Assembly (NCBI GenBank): GCA_038496445.1
Contig: JALMLS010000228.1
Span: forward strand, 434,001 to 498,000
DNA: 64,000 nucleotides
DNA from: Trichosphaerium sp. ATCC 40318
Taxonomy: Eukaryota > Protista > Tubulinea
Reading direction: 5' to 3'
The position numbers and the translations under genes are program-made. Within the stretch, counting starts at the first letter, position 1. Each line of letters begins with the position of its first letter. Below are positions 12,529-25,931 of the stretch, piece after piece. A model generated the notes under the pieces. It did no database searches and was not told the origin of the DNA. It saw only the letters and a list, made by a program, of their open reading frames with translations.

Positions 12529-13784
12529 CTATAACTCGCTTAGTGGCGCCCAAACAAATTTAATATCTCCTTCTTCAACATACAAATAAACCACATGATC
12601 TGATATCCCATACTCTTCAATGTCATTTATCAATTGTGCTACTATCTGACTTTTAAACTCTACTTCGATTCCTCTGTAGTTAGATTTTCTATTTTGTCCG
12701 TTCTCAGTTACATCGAATATAACATCAGCAATCTCTTTCATATCACAATAAGTATTTTCAACAGTAAACCTTGCTTTCCTTACAACGTAATTCTGTCTAA
12801 GTAGATGTTCGAACATATACTCAACCATATGATGTGTACCATCTCTGGTTTTTTTAAAAAAAGGTACAATATAATCTATAAGTTCATGTTGTTTGGGATC
12901 AATCCATATGCTATTTGCTTTTTTCACAACCATAGAAGTAATTTCATCAGTAGTTTTATCATGTGTTATATTAGCTTTCATAAAGTCTGATATGAATATA
13001 TACGTAGCCTCGCTCAGTATAATAGTCTCTCCGTTGTCTTTTATTAGTTCAGTATGATCTAGGAAGTCTTGAAAGATTGTCATAGTTCGGTGGTGAAGAA
13101 GCTATCGAAGAAAAGACGTCAATACAATAAAGAAAGGGAAGGTTCTTTTGGCTTCAGTTTAACGATTTGAACCATTCTTTTAGTAAAGGGCTGGCGTAGT
13201 ATTTATTTTCAAGGTATGTAGAAGGTAGTACCTCAGCATCATCAAGTACAATGAGAGACGCGGGACACTTCTTTAGTTGAGACATTATTTGTTCCTTTAT
13301 GGCCGCCATAGTCTTATCTATGGTTTCATCCTTATGGGGTCCCTTAAAATCGTGTCCTTTAAGTAGTAGAAATCCGTCAACGAGTGAGTACGGCGCGAAT
13401 AAACCTTTTGCAATTGAAACAGCCGCCAACGTCTTTCCAACACCGCTGTCGCCTACAAAATGCATAGATAGAGGTCGTCGTTTGGTTTTAGTTTTAAACG
13501 CATTTACTATCATCTGAATAGCCTTTGGTTGCCCAAAAACATTGTTTTGGAGACTCTCCTTGATTGCATCAATGTCTAGAGCGTAATTAGCATATTTCGA
13601 TGTTTTAGGGTGCCAGTACCATTTCTTGCGCATGGATCATAGCCCATAAGCTTATAAAATGTCTTCAAATAGCTACCGGAGCCTTTGTGATTGTTACAGG
13701 TCAATACAGTCATACAGATAAACGAGTACCTAGTACGCTCGTTGCACATAACGCTACCACCAATGTTGTGAGAAATGCTTTCAT
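12529..13784 (-). CDS. Torsin-like AAA+ ATPase copy 2, apparently complete (4 exons, signal peptide)
   Basis: MKAFLTTLVVALCATSVLG; VFGQ; Walker A GDSGVGKT; Walker B IVLDDAE; YIFISD; LIDYIVPF; C-terminal small domain with NYRG. Confidence 0.85.
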
Positions 13785-14269
13785 TTAGAGTAATTTTGTG
13801 ATACAAGGCATATTTCCATTTTTAAGTCAAAATGAATCTTTTGCAACTGTAACGAACCGCTTTAGATCTCAAACCGTGAATGTTATGTTCTGTGCTTACA
13901 TGCCTAAATAGGAGATATTCTCACCATACTTAAAAAAGAAATCAGCCAACGACATAAATCATACTGTCCAACGGTCCGGCTGCAGTACTGTTGGAGATCT
14001 CCACAATAGCAAGTTTCTTCGGCCTTCTTAAGACACAAACTGTAGTAGCACCACGGCTTTGGCCAAATGTGGAAACCAAGTCAAAATTAGTAGCTGTAAC
14101 TTTGAAAGCAATACAGAAAACATACAAGGTACTTAATATTAGTAATTACTAATAAATAAATATACCCTCATTATGAGATACAAATGCTTGTGCGCACATA
14201 AATAGCACGAAATGCTTCGAATTGGTGCCATCATTGGTACTCATTCAGTTCAGGACTTTACACAGCTCG

Positions 14270-15177
14270 ATGAAGACTATTTTAGTGGCTTTTTGCATAT
14301 TTGCAGCTATCTCAGGCCTTAACATTTGTGGGTATGACTTTGGTGCGTTAATAAAGTACAACGAAATACAATATCGCAACAATTCACGCTAAAAGTGTTA
14401 GCAATGCGCTAAGAACCTTTTTAAAGCTCTAACTGTTGGTATTGTAGACAAGCTTAGAAATGTTGCAGCCGCTTGGAAAGGTTCCGGTGTGGATTTGAGT
14501 TTCGACCCTTGTGCCGTACAAACTAGGGTAGTAAATACCCTTGCAAACTTAATAAGGTACGCAAAAGAAGCAAATCAGTCTAGAAATTCAAAGCGCTTTA
14601 GAAATCAAATACCTGGTTTTCTAGATAATGCATCTGTTTTTGTGACCATGGGCTCATCAACCGGCCAAGGGGTTCACGGATCAGGAGTACTGTCTGTTGC
14701 TGTGAGTAATAAGCAAGCGGGATGCTATTTTACACCCGCTGTAGGTATGTCGTGAAGGCTTTTCTTCATTCCTGCTAACTGGTTGTTTCGGTATCGGATT
14801 ATCCTACGGAGCAGAAGCGCATTTTGGTGTTGGTGTTATGTGTAAACCCAGAGATTTAGACGGTAAGCAAGCTTTACGAAGATACTATGTCTAACTATTC
14901 ACGAGGAATGTTCTTTTCTGCAACCTATGAGTCAGAGTCGTCTATTGGTATTGGTGGTCGGTATTTTGTGTATCCGACCTCAGGCGTGGAGATATATTTC
15001 TGTTCAGGTTATGGTTTCACAGCAATCGCAGACATTGGATACACGTTCGCATGGCGTAAATTTAATGTGCTTACCAATAGTACAATATCCAACACACTTG
15101 TCAATAAGTGGAAAGAAGTTATGGCCAAGGAAGCGCAGAAAGAGCTTCGGAATAGGAATCAGAGTAAAAAAAAGTAG
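14270..15177 (+). CDS. Hypothetical secreted protein, multi-exon, Gly/aromatic-rich beta-type C-terminal half
   Basis: Signal peptide MKTILVAFCIFAAISG; ORFs 14489-14755 and 14887-15177 joined by short introns. Confidence 0.55.
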
Positions 15178-16016
15178 CTGGCACAATAATACGAAATAAA
15201 CTGGTTTCCATTGAACCCGGTTCAGTTTGCTGTTAGACCTTTTTATAATAACTTGTTGTAATTAACATTACCTAACAAACTTGGCAAAGCAAAATAATCG
15301 CTATTAATGCACTCATTCAGAGATGTATACTTGAGCCAGATTACCTAAGATCCCGCACATTCTTATTGGCGTTAAAACTTACTGTTAAATGAGATTGTGT
15401 AGTGTGAAAGCATAAAGTTATGCTGTAAGCGAAAAAATATTTGTGAATTGTTGACAAAAAACTTGCTTTAAAAGTAACGTAGCAACATACGGAGCCTGCA
15501 TTCTATGATGCCTCGCATACAGTATAACAGACTAAGTTAGGTGGGAACAGAACTAAAGATGTAAACAGTGTAGTTGGTTGAAAAAGCTCTTATAAATCGA
15601 GCAACAATACTCTATGTCCTTTTCTACGCGTAGAGGGAGTGTGAGTACGCACAAAACGCCTTTTAAAACAAACAGGCTATAAAAAGGTAAAACGCCCTCA
15701 AACATATTCTACTACGCATATTTAAACCCCATTATTCCTGATACAGCTATTCGTTGGCCCTAGCCTTCAATATGGTTTTACATAAAATGTTCCTCCGTAT
15801 ATTCATCCATAAAATCAATCTGATTAATTTTAGTTCAGTTGAATAGTTCAGGCACAAAATGATGATCAGCTATTAAATAACTGGCATCTAAACAAAGAAA
15901 ACACAATATGTGCGAAGATGACTAGTAAACAGTTGGAAAATAGAGCTATTTTTACGAAATGTACATTTATTTTTGTGTCTTTAGTCTTCTGGAAAGTTCT
16001 TCCATGTTTTATACCT

Positions 16017-18428
16017 TTATGAGGCGTTTCTGGAAGTATAGAAATCGGGATCAATAAGCGGTTTGTTGCTCTTAACAATGACATTACCTGAAATACAATG
16101 AAGTATTTCGTCTGACACACCTTCATAATCCATGAGATCTGCTTTTTTGAGACACCGCTTCCAGTGTCGAGGGAGAACTGTTCTCCAAGTTGTTTTAAAA
16201 GCTCTAGCAAAGAGGCTTTTAAATGTTGTTTTCGAGATGTATTCTTTAATAAACTTAGCGTAAGCTATGTCTATTTTGTCTTTATCACTGTTTGATAAAT
16301 AAAAGTATGCCATCACATAAATAAAAGAATACAAGTCATCCTTCGGTGTGTAGGCATGTGTTGGAGTGTCATGGAGCCAGTCTTCATACATATGAGGTGA
16401 AAACTTGGCTCCTCCACTTATTTTTATTGGTGCTGTGTTTGTTGTAGCAGATCCCCAATCAATCAACATGTATCTTGGTTCCTTTGTGAACGGCTGAGGT
16501 TGAAGCATTATATTTGAAGCAGAAATATCTCTAAAATATATTTTAGTTGACAACAAATGAGTACGTTGTTACCTGTGAACCACACCTTTACTGTGAACAA
16601 TCTTGAGAGTCGAGAGTATTTGTTTTGTGAGTACTACAAAGTCGAATGGAGCATCTTTACGTTCTTGGCAAATACAATCCATCGCAAACCCAACTCCTGG
16701 AGCTACTCCCACCTTTGGTAGAAAATCAGAACAATCAAAATGTGCGTAAGCCTTAAATACACGCACGACTTTTGGAACACCAGGAATGCCTTTCAGGATA
16801 CCCAGTGTTCGTGTTTCACGATCCAATTTGGGCTGTACTGGATCATCCACATCATATATGTAATCTTTGAAAGCGACATACTTTGGAGGATCATTGTTGG
16901 CCAAGTACATCATGTACACTGTGCCATGAGCACCCAATCCAAGTACTTTTCGAGGTACATATTCGAATCCGTTGATTTTAAACACTTTTGAATTGTATCC
17001 AAGATCCCCAAGTTTGTAGTTTAATAAACTTACCAATTGCTTTAATCCTTCACCAGGTTCACGGAACTCAAATAAATTCATTTCAGGTGTTGCATAATAC
17101 TCAACTGTTGCACTGAGAGTGCCTCCGACCATCTTGAAGAATCGAATTTTCTCGTAGTTCTGAAGCATACCGTACACTGTTGTACGTAGGGGTTGGGCTT
17201 TTAGGAGTGTTTTCATGTCGCTCCATATCATACCTTCATCGTGTGCAGTGAATGGTACTAATTGAATAATAAACAAAGATAGCACGAATAAAATCAAAAA
17301 GAGGAATATAAATCTCAGTACCGTTGCCTTCCAATATCTCCCAAGCCAAAACATGATGATACAATGTACAATCACATTCACGAATAGTTTTGAGTTGTGG
17401 TGTTACTCGAAAACGTGATGGATTGAAAGATTTGGCATCTGGAACAACATCTGCACGAATATTTGGACAAACACCATCACGTGATAAAAATGATGCAAAC
17501 TGTTCTCTGTATTTGTCAAGAGGAGATGACTTGAGCTTTAACATCGCTGTTTGAAACTTTTGACAAGCTTCAATGTACTGTTTGGAGTTTTCAGGATAAC
17601 AAAACGAATGTCGAGATATTGTATCTTCAGCAATGGCATTTGCAATGGCAGGATACCCTTAGAACAATTTTGTTAGCAGTTTTAACATGCAATAAGATAA
17701 ATACCTCGGATTGTTTTCTGACTCAAGGATGTATCTCTGAATGAGTATAATAATTGCAAGTACAACCCGTCGTTCTTGTTTTCCATTGCTCTATGACGTT
17801 TATGTTCAGCTTTGTTGTCTTCTGCATCTTCACGCTGTCTCTTGTCTAGGTTCGCTATGGCTTCTTGGTTGGCTGCTATCTCTTTTGCGTATTCTTCCCT
17901 TACTTCCGTGACAACTGCTTTTTTCAATTGTTCTGTTGTGATAGACTTAAGCAGTAGAACGAATTCGCTGTCAGTTTCGCTGGGTTTCAGTATAGATAGG
18001 GATAGGTCTTGGTTGGAAGCTTGAGCTGTTGAGTCTACAAAAGTTAATGTTTCGAAATAAGATGTAGTGCATGCGATTGACGTGCCTGTGTTGTTACAAG
18101 CGTTAAATACTAAATTCACAAGGGCCGGCTTTCGCAAACCATTTGTGACTTTGATATCACATTGCTTTGCCATGGACGCGAGCTCGTTGATAGTGAATCT
18201 TTTCAATTGTTTCGAAGTCAATACAGTACCATTGGCATCCTACAGCAATTAGAGCGATAAATACGTAAAACACACCTTCAATTGTCTAAAGGCGTCAAAG
18301 ATCGAATCTACTAGCGCTGCTTTACGCAAACCCTGCGTTACAGTGACATCACGCTGAGTTGCCATGGCTGTAAGCTCTTTGACAGTGAATTTATGAAATT
18401 GCTTCTTGGTTAACAAGGCTGTAGTCAT
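16017..18428 (-). CDS. Kinase family copy B; appears intact
   Basis: Same exon pattern as copy A; GLGAHG, VAFK, HRDISASN, IDWG, TPKDDLYS. Confidence 0.85.
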
Positions 18429-18783
18429 TGTGCTGCGCAAAAGTCAGTGCAACGAAATAATATCGAAGTAGTTAAAACTTGATACAAATCGATTAATTGT
18501 ATCTTACATACGCTGGTACTTTGTATTTTGTTGTATAACCTTCAAACTGTTTTGTTTGTAAACGTGTACGTACGCGAGGTTTCTCAAAGTCCCGCAGTGA
18601 AGTGGCGATGTCGTTGGTTAAAAAGTAAGAGAAAAAATGCGTAAGTGCTAAGAAATAGCAAGAAACTAATTCACACAGTTACAACTATAAACGTTTAAAT
18701 CATACCGCGCTGTAGTTGAATGGGCGTTGGCGTGCTCCGTTTAATTTAGAGTTTTCTGAAAAAAACCTGAAGTTGTCTGAAAG

Positions 18784-18896
18784 TAATACTACGGTGTTTT
18801 CTTTGTACCAATGCGTTAAACATTAATGTGGTGAAGTCAATTTGAACGTAATAATGTTTAAACGCATTGCGCACAAGAAAAACCGTAGCAGTATTA
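18784..18896. repeat. Imperfect inverted repeat (~45-bp arms) in the divergent intergenic region between copies B and C
   Basis: TAATACTACGGTGTTTTCTTTGTACCAATGCGTTAAACATTA pairs with TAATGTTTAAACGCATTGCGCACAAGAAAAACCGTAGCAGTATTA. Confidence 0.65.
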
Positions 18897-19185
18897 TTTA
18901 CAATAAAATGCATAGACCTGTTTGCTGCCTTTTTAAGTAAGGTCAGGCGAGGTTCTTTTACCTAATTTGGCTGCCGAGTCAAGGCCGAAAATTGAACTGT
19001 ACACCAATCTTATCACAGTCTTACATACAAACCTAACTACTTGTGTTTTTGGCGTCCAAAAACGCAAAATTTGCCAGAACTAATACACAAACTACTCTGG
19101 CATCTCGGACTGCACCTTTACAACACAACATCAGTACGTGAGTTATTTAAAGTTCAAAGTAACCACGTTAATGCTCATCTTAGCA

Positions 19186-21498
19186 ATGGAGATTCCGAAC
19201 TTACTGATAGGCCTAGTTCTAAACGAGCTATCTGTTGATGTGCTTAAACATATAGCAGCCCAGTTTCACATTGAAGTTGAGGCTAATAACTACAAAGAAG
19301 CAGTTTCAAAAGCTTTAGGAGGTACATTTTGTTCTCCGCGCTGCATTCATAAGTTTTACTTCTCCTTAGACAACCGTACCGATTTTAAGGAATTGTATTT
19401 TGCCGTACATGTAGCTGTAGTGTCTGCAAGAAGTGCTAGATCAGCCCACCATACCAACCAAGAACAGCGAAGAGAATATATTTCTAGAGGAGGAACAAGT
19501 CCGTCCCTGAAAACTAGCTCTAGCGCAGAGCGAAGTGTAAATACAAGGTTGGCAGGTCAAAAGCGAAGTGCTACTTCGCCAAATCAGCCACACAAGAGAT
19601 TCAAAGCAACAAACATAGGCACCGAAAAAGGCAGAGTGTTCCAAGAGTTGCAAATTCTCCTAGGGCGCGTTTCAATAGCGGATAAAGTAAGAAACGAAGG
19701 TACCAGGCGACTTTGAAAGAGCTAAACGGGAAAAAAAGGCTATTTGTCTAAACAAGTTTTATTTTCTTCAAGCTTCAAATCATGCTAATACAATTCCAGC
19801 GATGCACAAAATCATAGGGGACAAGCCTAGTAAAGGCACATTGTTTCCAGCGAACATTTATAAAAAAGAAGATATCTCTGCCTTTCAAACGAAGGTTCAT
19901 GAAGTTCAAGGCTGTATGAACGAACAGAAGCAACTATCAACCAATGTTACTGCCACCCTGCGCGTTCTAGTCGATAAATGTGCTAGTACTCCTATACGAG
20001 TCATTCCTGCTGCTACAAAAACCGTCAACGCTAACGTAGCTACATTATACCATCAAGTTTTATCTTGGAAGATATTAACATCTGATGGCACCTACAATAT
20101 TTTCTAACTGTTTGCTTATTTGAATCTACCTAGAACCGTTCACTCCAGCCGAAGAAGGTGAGGTCTGGAAAGAAATGCACGAAATTTTAAACGAGCAGCC
20201 TGAACGAACGTTGGTATTTGGGGTACTTCAGAACAAGTCGAAAATCAAGATGTATAAGATGGAAATTAAGCATCACCTTAAATACCCACAGTATTCTTAC
20301 AGTGAAAGTTCAGTAATGGAATTATACTCGACAACCTCGAAGAATACGTATTCACCGACCCCAAAATCGAACACAAATACGCAATTCAAGGGCTACATGA
20401 ACGGGTTCGTACTCGTACAAAGAGTGTTTCAGCGAATGACAGCGTCTGAGAACAATTCCGTCGACCTTCCCAACGCTCCTGCAGTTGGGATTGAACAGCT
20501 ACACTTTTTGATGAGTCTAGAACTCAAAGACCTTGGCTATTTCCCAAAAGTGTGTACAGTTTCACAAAATAGGTATACTCCTACAGCGGTATTGGGCGTA
20601 AGCTCTATGACTACTGTGTATAAGATTAAGCTGTTGCCTGGTGGTATGTACGACGCTATGGATGTCGCGTTTAAAGATTACACCAAAAGCAGAAATATAC
20701 AGTTATTAGCTCATGAACTGGATATACTCGGAAACCTAGTGACCACTCCCGGAGTTCCAACAGTTGTATGTTCTTCTAAGTTATTTCTAGCTTTCACTCT
20801 AATTGCTTTTTTGTAGTACTACTCTGAACCAATAGGCTTTGCTATGGAGTGGCTTTCACCAAATACGCTTGACTGTGCGAAGATAGCAGAAGATATACTC
20901 ATTACTCTGAAAGAAGTACATTCGAAGAATATAGTTCATGGGTAAGTTTTTTTAGCAACAAGAAATTATGTTGTGCGTTACCCAAAGTAGCCTTCGGAAA
21001 TAATTTATCAAAAAGTTTGCGAATGATTCAATACATTTTTTGTAGAACAGAAATATTTCTAACTTTTGTTGTAGAAATATAACTGTGGATAATATAATGG
21101 TGAACAAAAACGGCCGTTATATGCTTATCGGTTGGTCAGGTGCCATACAGGCAGGAGAGCGACAGTACATTCGTGAAGGCATAAAGTTTACACCTCATTT
21201 ACACCAAGCAGTATTGTCTATTAACTCAAGTCATGTGTACACACGCATCGAGGACTTGTACTCTCTTGTTAATGTAATTGGATACATCTGCTTACCACAA
21301 GAAGCAAAGGAAGCCATTGATGTAGCCTACAATATGTGGGTCTACACGGATAATGAGCTACATATTCGCGAACTAACGGACTTGTGGTCTCGCTATCTTC
21401 CGTTTTGGCTCAATTGCTACGATGCAGCACGTCTGTTGGATTATGAGCTGGTAAAAACAGAAATTCTTAAGGTGCTCCCTAACAATGTTGTACAATAA
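19186..21498 (+). CDS. Divergent pseudokinase paralog (copy C); start uncertain
   Basis: Same domain order (HeH-like NELSVDVLKHIA, LYHQVLSWKIL, QPERTLVFGVLQN); Gly loop is VLGVSSMT, HRD is HGN, DWG is GWS; exons appear open. Confidence 0.8.
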
Positions 21499-22094
21499 AC
21501 CGTTTCGAACAGTAACGTTACCTACAATGTAATTATTGAAAAAACTAGTGGTGTTTGTATTTCATTGTGTTGGTACCTTGTGCCATGATTTTGCTAGTTT
21601 TTATGTAATTGGCAGCGTCAAGCAGTACTAACAATGTTCCAAACGAATATTTGGTCAGAAAACTATTTACAAAATCGGATAGATTAGGCAATCAGAAAAA
21701 GCCAACTTTATACTAGATAAATACTAAAAACTGGCTAATCTGTTAACACTTGGCAAGGCTGGCAATCTGAATGCATCACATTCCACAACAAGAGAACGCA
21801 CCTTGCCGCGCTTATGTACCTTAAGCCAAGTAAAGAATACAATGTCAAAGTCATACTATACGGTTATTATTGTACGTTATACAGCTTTGACTGTTCATTA
21901 ATGAATGATTTCAGTTCTGTCAGACCACCGTATGCCAAAACCCTGCACTGCAGTGTTAACTGCCAAGAACCTACATTTGAAATTATAAACCCACTGATAA
22001 ATGTGATACAAGGGTGTCTCCGGAAGGTATTTTCCAAGGCTTGGAAGAAAAAAAACCAATTGTTGATTTTGGTTTTTTATTTAGCATCGTTCCA

Positions 22095-22495
22095 TTAAAG
22101 CTGAAGTCATCTCCTCTTGAAAAATACAGAGAACAGTTTGCATTATTTTTATCACGTGATGATATTACAAACAGATGTCGTTCCAGATAGTAAATCGTTC
22201 AATGCTGATTTCTTTCAAATAACACCACAGCTCAAAACGAGATTATACATTGTTTTATTGGCTTGGGAGATATTGGAGGGCAACATGTCTTGCTAGCAAG
22301 AATACCATACATGAATGTACAAACTCGACGATCTCGGATACACTTCATTCAAAAATGTTTAAAATCAACGGTTACTCATGTACCTCAAAAAGTACTTGGA
22401 TTGGGTGCTCATGGCACAGTGTACATGATGTACTTGGACAACAATGATCCTCCAAAGTATGTCGTCAAAGAGTACATTGGAAGTGTGAACGATCA
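22095..22495 (+). pseudogene. Internally deleted, frameshifted kinase-family fragment
   Basis: KLKSSPL, LAWEILEG and KVLGLGAHGTVY pieces in different frames with deletions between them. Confidence 0.8.
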
Positions 22496-22779
22496 AATAA
22501 ACTTTAGATCAAATAGCGACATAAACACAAAATACAGTTTATACTGGATTAGAACTACGAGGTTAACATACTTCAAACAAATATTTCTTTTATTTATTGA
22601 CTTGATGCTAGCACCTATTGTAACACAATCAACAACCAACACTACATGTACACTGATAGTAATGAGATATAGATGACTTGAGCTCTTTAGTGTACATTTT
22701 CTTTAATTGCTGATTGTATGTAGTAACAAGAAGCATGAGCGTCCATACCATCACAACATCTAATTACAATCCAACCGGC

Positions 22780-22950
22780 TGTCACGATTAGGAGACTGAT
22801 AAGACCTCATTCACATTGAAGATCATTCACATAACGGATTACTCACATTCATGAATTCATTCTCAACCTTCATGAGATAGTTCATGAGATCATTCATGAG
22901 ATTGTAACCGTTCTTGTAACCCAGATAAACAGATATCTTAAAACCTAACA
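22780..22950. mobile_element. Solo LTR (171 bp) of a second LTR family
   Basis: TGTCA...TAACA termini flanked by 5-bp direct repeat CCGGC (22775-22779, 22951-22955); internal TTCATGAGAT x3. Confidence 0.7.
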
Positions 22951-23607
22951 CCGGCAATTCCAACACTATGTACACGTCAACGTTGTTATGTTCAAATAAG
23001 AGTAACTACCGATTTACTAAAAAAATGGAAGCGAGATGCTGCAATGTTTGGTGTTGAGCAGTGATCTACGTCAGCACTTGACTTTTACCTAATAAGGAAA
23101 TGAGGAAGGACGTTCTTACCTTACTTAAAAGGGCATTAAAAAACAGTGCTTTTCAACAGCAATTGGTCAGAGAATAGAACCTTCTCTCATCCTCTACAGT
23201 TTGTAGGTTTGGATGATGTCAACATTTTGTGCCTAATTTGGTGGAACTTTGCAAAAGTCACTCTTTAAGCTTACGCCAACTACATCACATTTTTCGCTCG
23301 AACTCAGCAGTTTTTCTAAAGCCTTACGTAAGACAAAGTCAAACGCAACTTTGAAACCCGAACTTAACAATTGCACTAACACGCCAGCGTATTCGCAATA
23401 AACAGTCTGTACTGTACTTCCAAAACAGTTTCTATCCAACTCGTTGTAGATCTTTCAAGTGGCATACAATACGTACCAAACTTACTAGTACTAAACACAC
23501 GAAGGTAATAGCATATTTCGACTACAAACCAAGAAAATGTTAGCGAACGTAAAAAAGTGAACAACAACGCTTATTAACTTTCTATTTTGTTGCTGACTTT
23601 GAATAGC

Positions 23608-25931
23608 ATGACAACAGCTTTATTAAACAAGAAACAATTTCACAAGTTCACAATCAAAGAGCTTGCGGCTATCGCAACTAGGCATGACGTCAAAGTTACA
23701 AATGGATTGCAGAAGGCAGCACTTGTAGATCTAGTATTTGACGCGTGCAAGTACAAGGCGAGACAAATTTTGGTCGTTTGTTGAAGCCGCTAATTGAATT
23801 AGGCTATGACTACAGTACTTACTGCAAAGCAATTGCTCAAGTTCACCATCAACGAGCTTAAAGTATTGGCAACGCACTACAATATTAATATTACAAACGG
23901 TTTACGCAAGACAACAATTGTAAATTTGATATTTGATGCTTGTAGTAAAAAACCAGGTATGTAATCATCCTTACAATATTCAATCTTACATTGCTCTACA
24001 GCTCAAGCCTCTAAAAACCAAGTGCAAACTTCTGATACAACTGAATCCATCGATGATACCACTTTGTGCTTTATTAAGTTGGTTAAGAGTCTCACACCAG
24101 ATTCATTGGAGAAATTAACTCAATTTCGCGACGACTTGGAAAAGCTGAACAAAAGACAGCGTCAAGATGAAGAAGAAAACTTAGCCGAATACAAACGTCA
24201 CAGAGCAATGGAAAACAAGAACAACCGATTGTACTTGCGATTATTGTACTCATTCAGAGATACATCCTTGAGCCAGAAAACACTCCGAGGTATATCATCG
24301 TATTATAAGTTGCAAGTACTAACATAATTATCGTAAGGGTATCCTGCCATTGCAAATGCTATTGCTGAAAATACTATTTCTCAGCAGTCGTTCTGTTATC
24401 TTGATGAGTCTAAACAGTACATAGAAGCTTGTCAAAAGTTTCAAACAGCGATATTAAAGCTGCAGTCATCTCCTCTTGACAAATACAGAGAACAGTTCGC
24501 ATCATTTTTATCACGTGATGATATTTGTCCGAATATTCGTGCAGATGTTGTTCCAGATGCCAAATCGTTCAATCCATCGCGTTTTCGAATAACACCTCAA
24601 CTCAAAACAATACGGGAACGAGACTGTACATTGTATCATCACATTTTGGCTTGGGAGATATTGGAAGGCAACGGTGTGAAAGTTTTACTTTTTTGTCAAT
24701 TCCTTTGCTATTCTTGATTCACTTATGTTTTAATTAAGCTCCATTCACCACACACGATGAAGGTATGATATGGAGTGATATTAATACCATCATGAAGGCC
24801 CAACCTCGGCGTACATTCGTGTATGGTATTCTTCAGAACTATGAGAAAATTCGATTCTTCAAAATGGTTAGAGGAGGCACTTTCACTGCAAAATTTAAGT
24901 ATTACACAACGCCTGATCTGGATTTGATTGATCCACGTACTCCAGGTGAAGGATTAAAACAACTGGTAAGTTTGTTAAATTACAAACTTGACGACCTTGG
25001 ATACATTTCAAAAGTGTTTAAAATCAACGGATTCGAATATGTGCCCCGAAAAGTACTTGGATTGGGTGCTCATGGCACAGTGTACATGGTATACATGGCC
25101 AATAATGATCCTCCAAAGTATGTCGCATTCAAAGAGTACATTGGAAGTGTGAACGATCCAGTACAGCCCAAATTGGATCATGAAACGCGAATACTGGAAA
25201 TTCTTCAATACGTTCCTTGTGTTCCAAAAGTTGTACGCTGGCTATTTTAAGCCTAAAGCCGCTTAGCTGTTCTAATTTTCTACCAAGGTTGGGATAGTTC
25301 CAGGCATAGGGTTTGCAATGGATTGTATTTGCCAAGAACGTAAGGATGCACCATTTGACTACGTATTGCTGGCAAAACAAATAATTGATACTCTTGATTA
25401 TATTCACGGAAAAGGTGTCGTTCACAGGCAAACAACTTATTCTTTTGCTGCTCTACCTCTTACTTATATTTTAGAGATATTTCTGCTTCGAATATCATGC
25501 TTCAACCTCAATATTCCGAAAATCAACCACAATATATGTTGATTGATTGGGGATCTGCTACAACAAACACAGCACCAATGAAGATAAGTGGAGGAGCCAA
25601 GTTTTCACCTCACATGTATGAAGAGTGGCTCCTCGACACTCCAACACATGCCTACACACCGAAGGATGACTTGTATTCTTTTATTTATGTGATGGCATAC
25701 TGGCATTTGTCAAACCAAAACAAGGACAAAATAGACGTAGCTTATGCTAAGTTTGTTCAAGCCCTCATCACCAAAACATACAAAGAAGGATTTGCAAAAA
25801 AATTCAAAGAGACATGGACAACAGTTCTCCCTCGATACTGGAAACGGTGTATTGAAAAAGCAGATCTCATGGATTACCTAGGTGTCTTGGATGAAATACT
25901 CTTTTGTATTGCAGGCACCAGTAAAACCTAG
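23608..25931 (+). CDS. Kinase family copy D; appears intact (needs two GC-AG introns)
   Basis: 7 in-phase exons; HRDISASN, IDWG, TPKDDLYS. Confidence 0.85.

Noticed and set aside
17270-17381. Hydrophobic N-terminus suggesting receptor kinases (also 27969-28090)
   Set aside because: The ORF-track segment is an off-frame exon plus a T-rich intron, not part of the spliced protein
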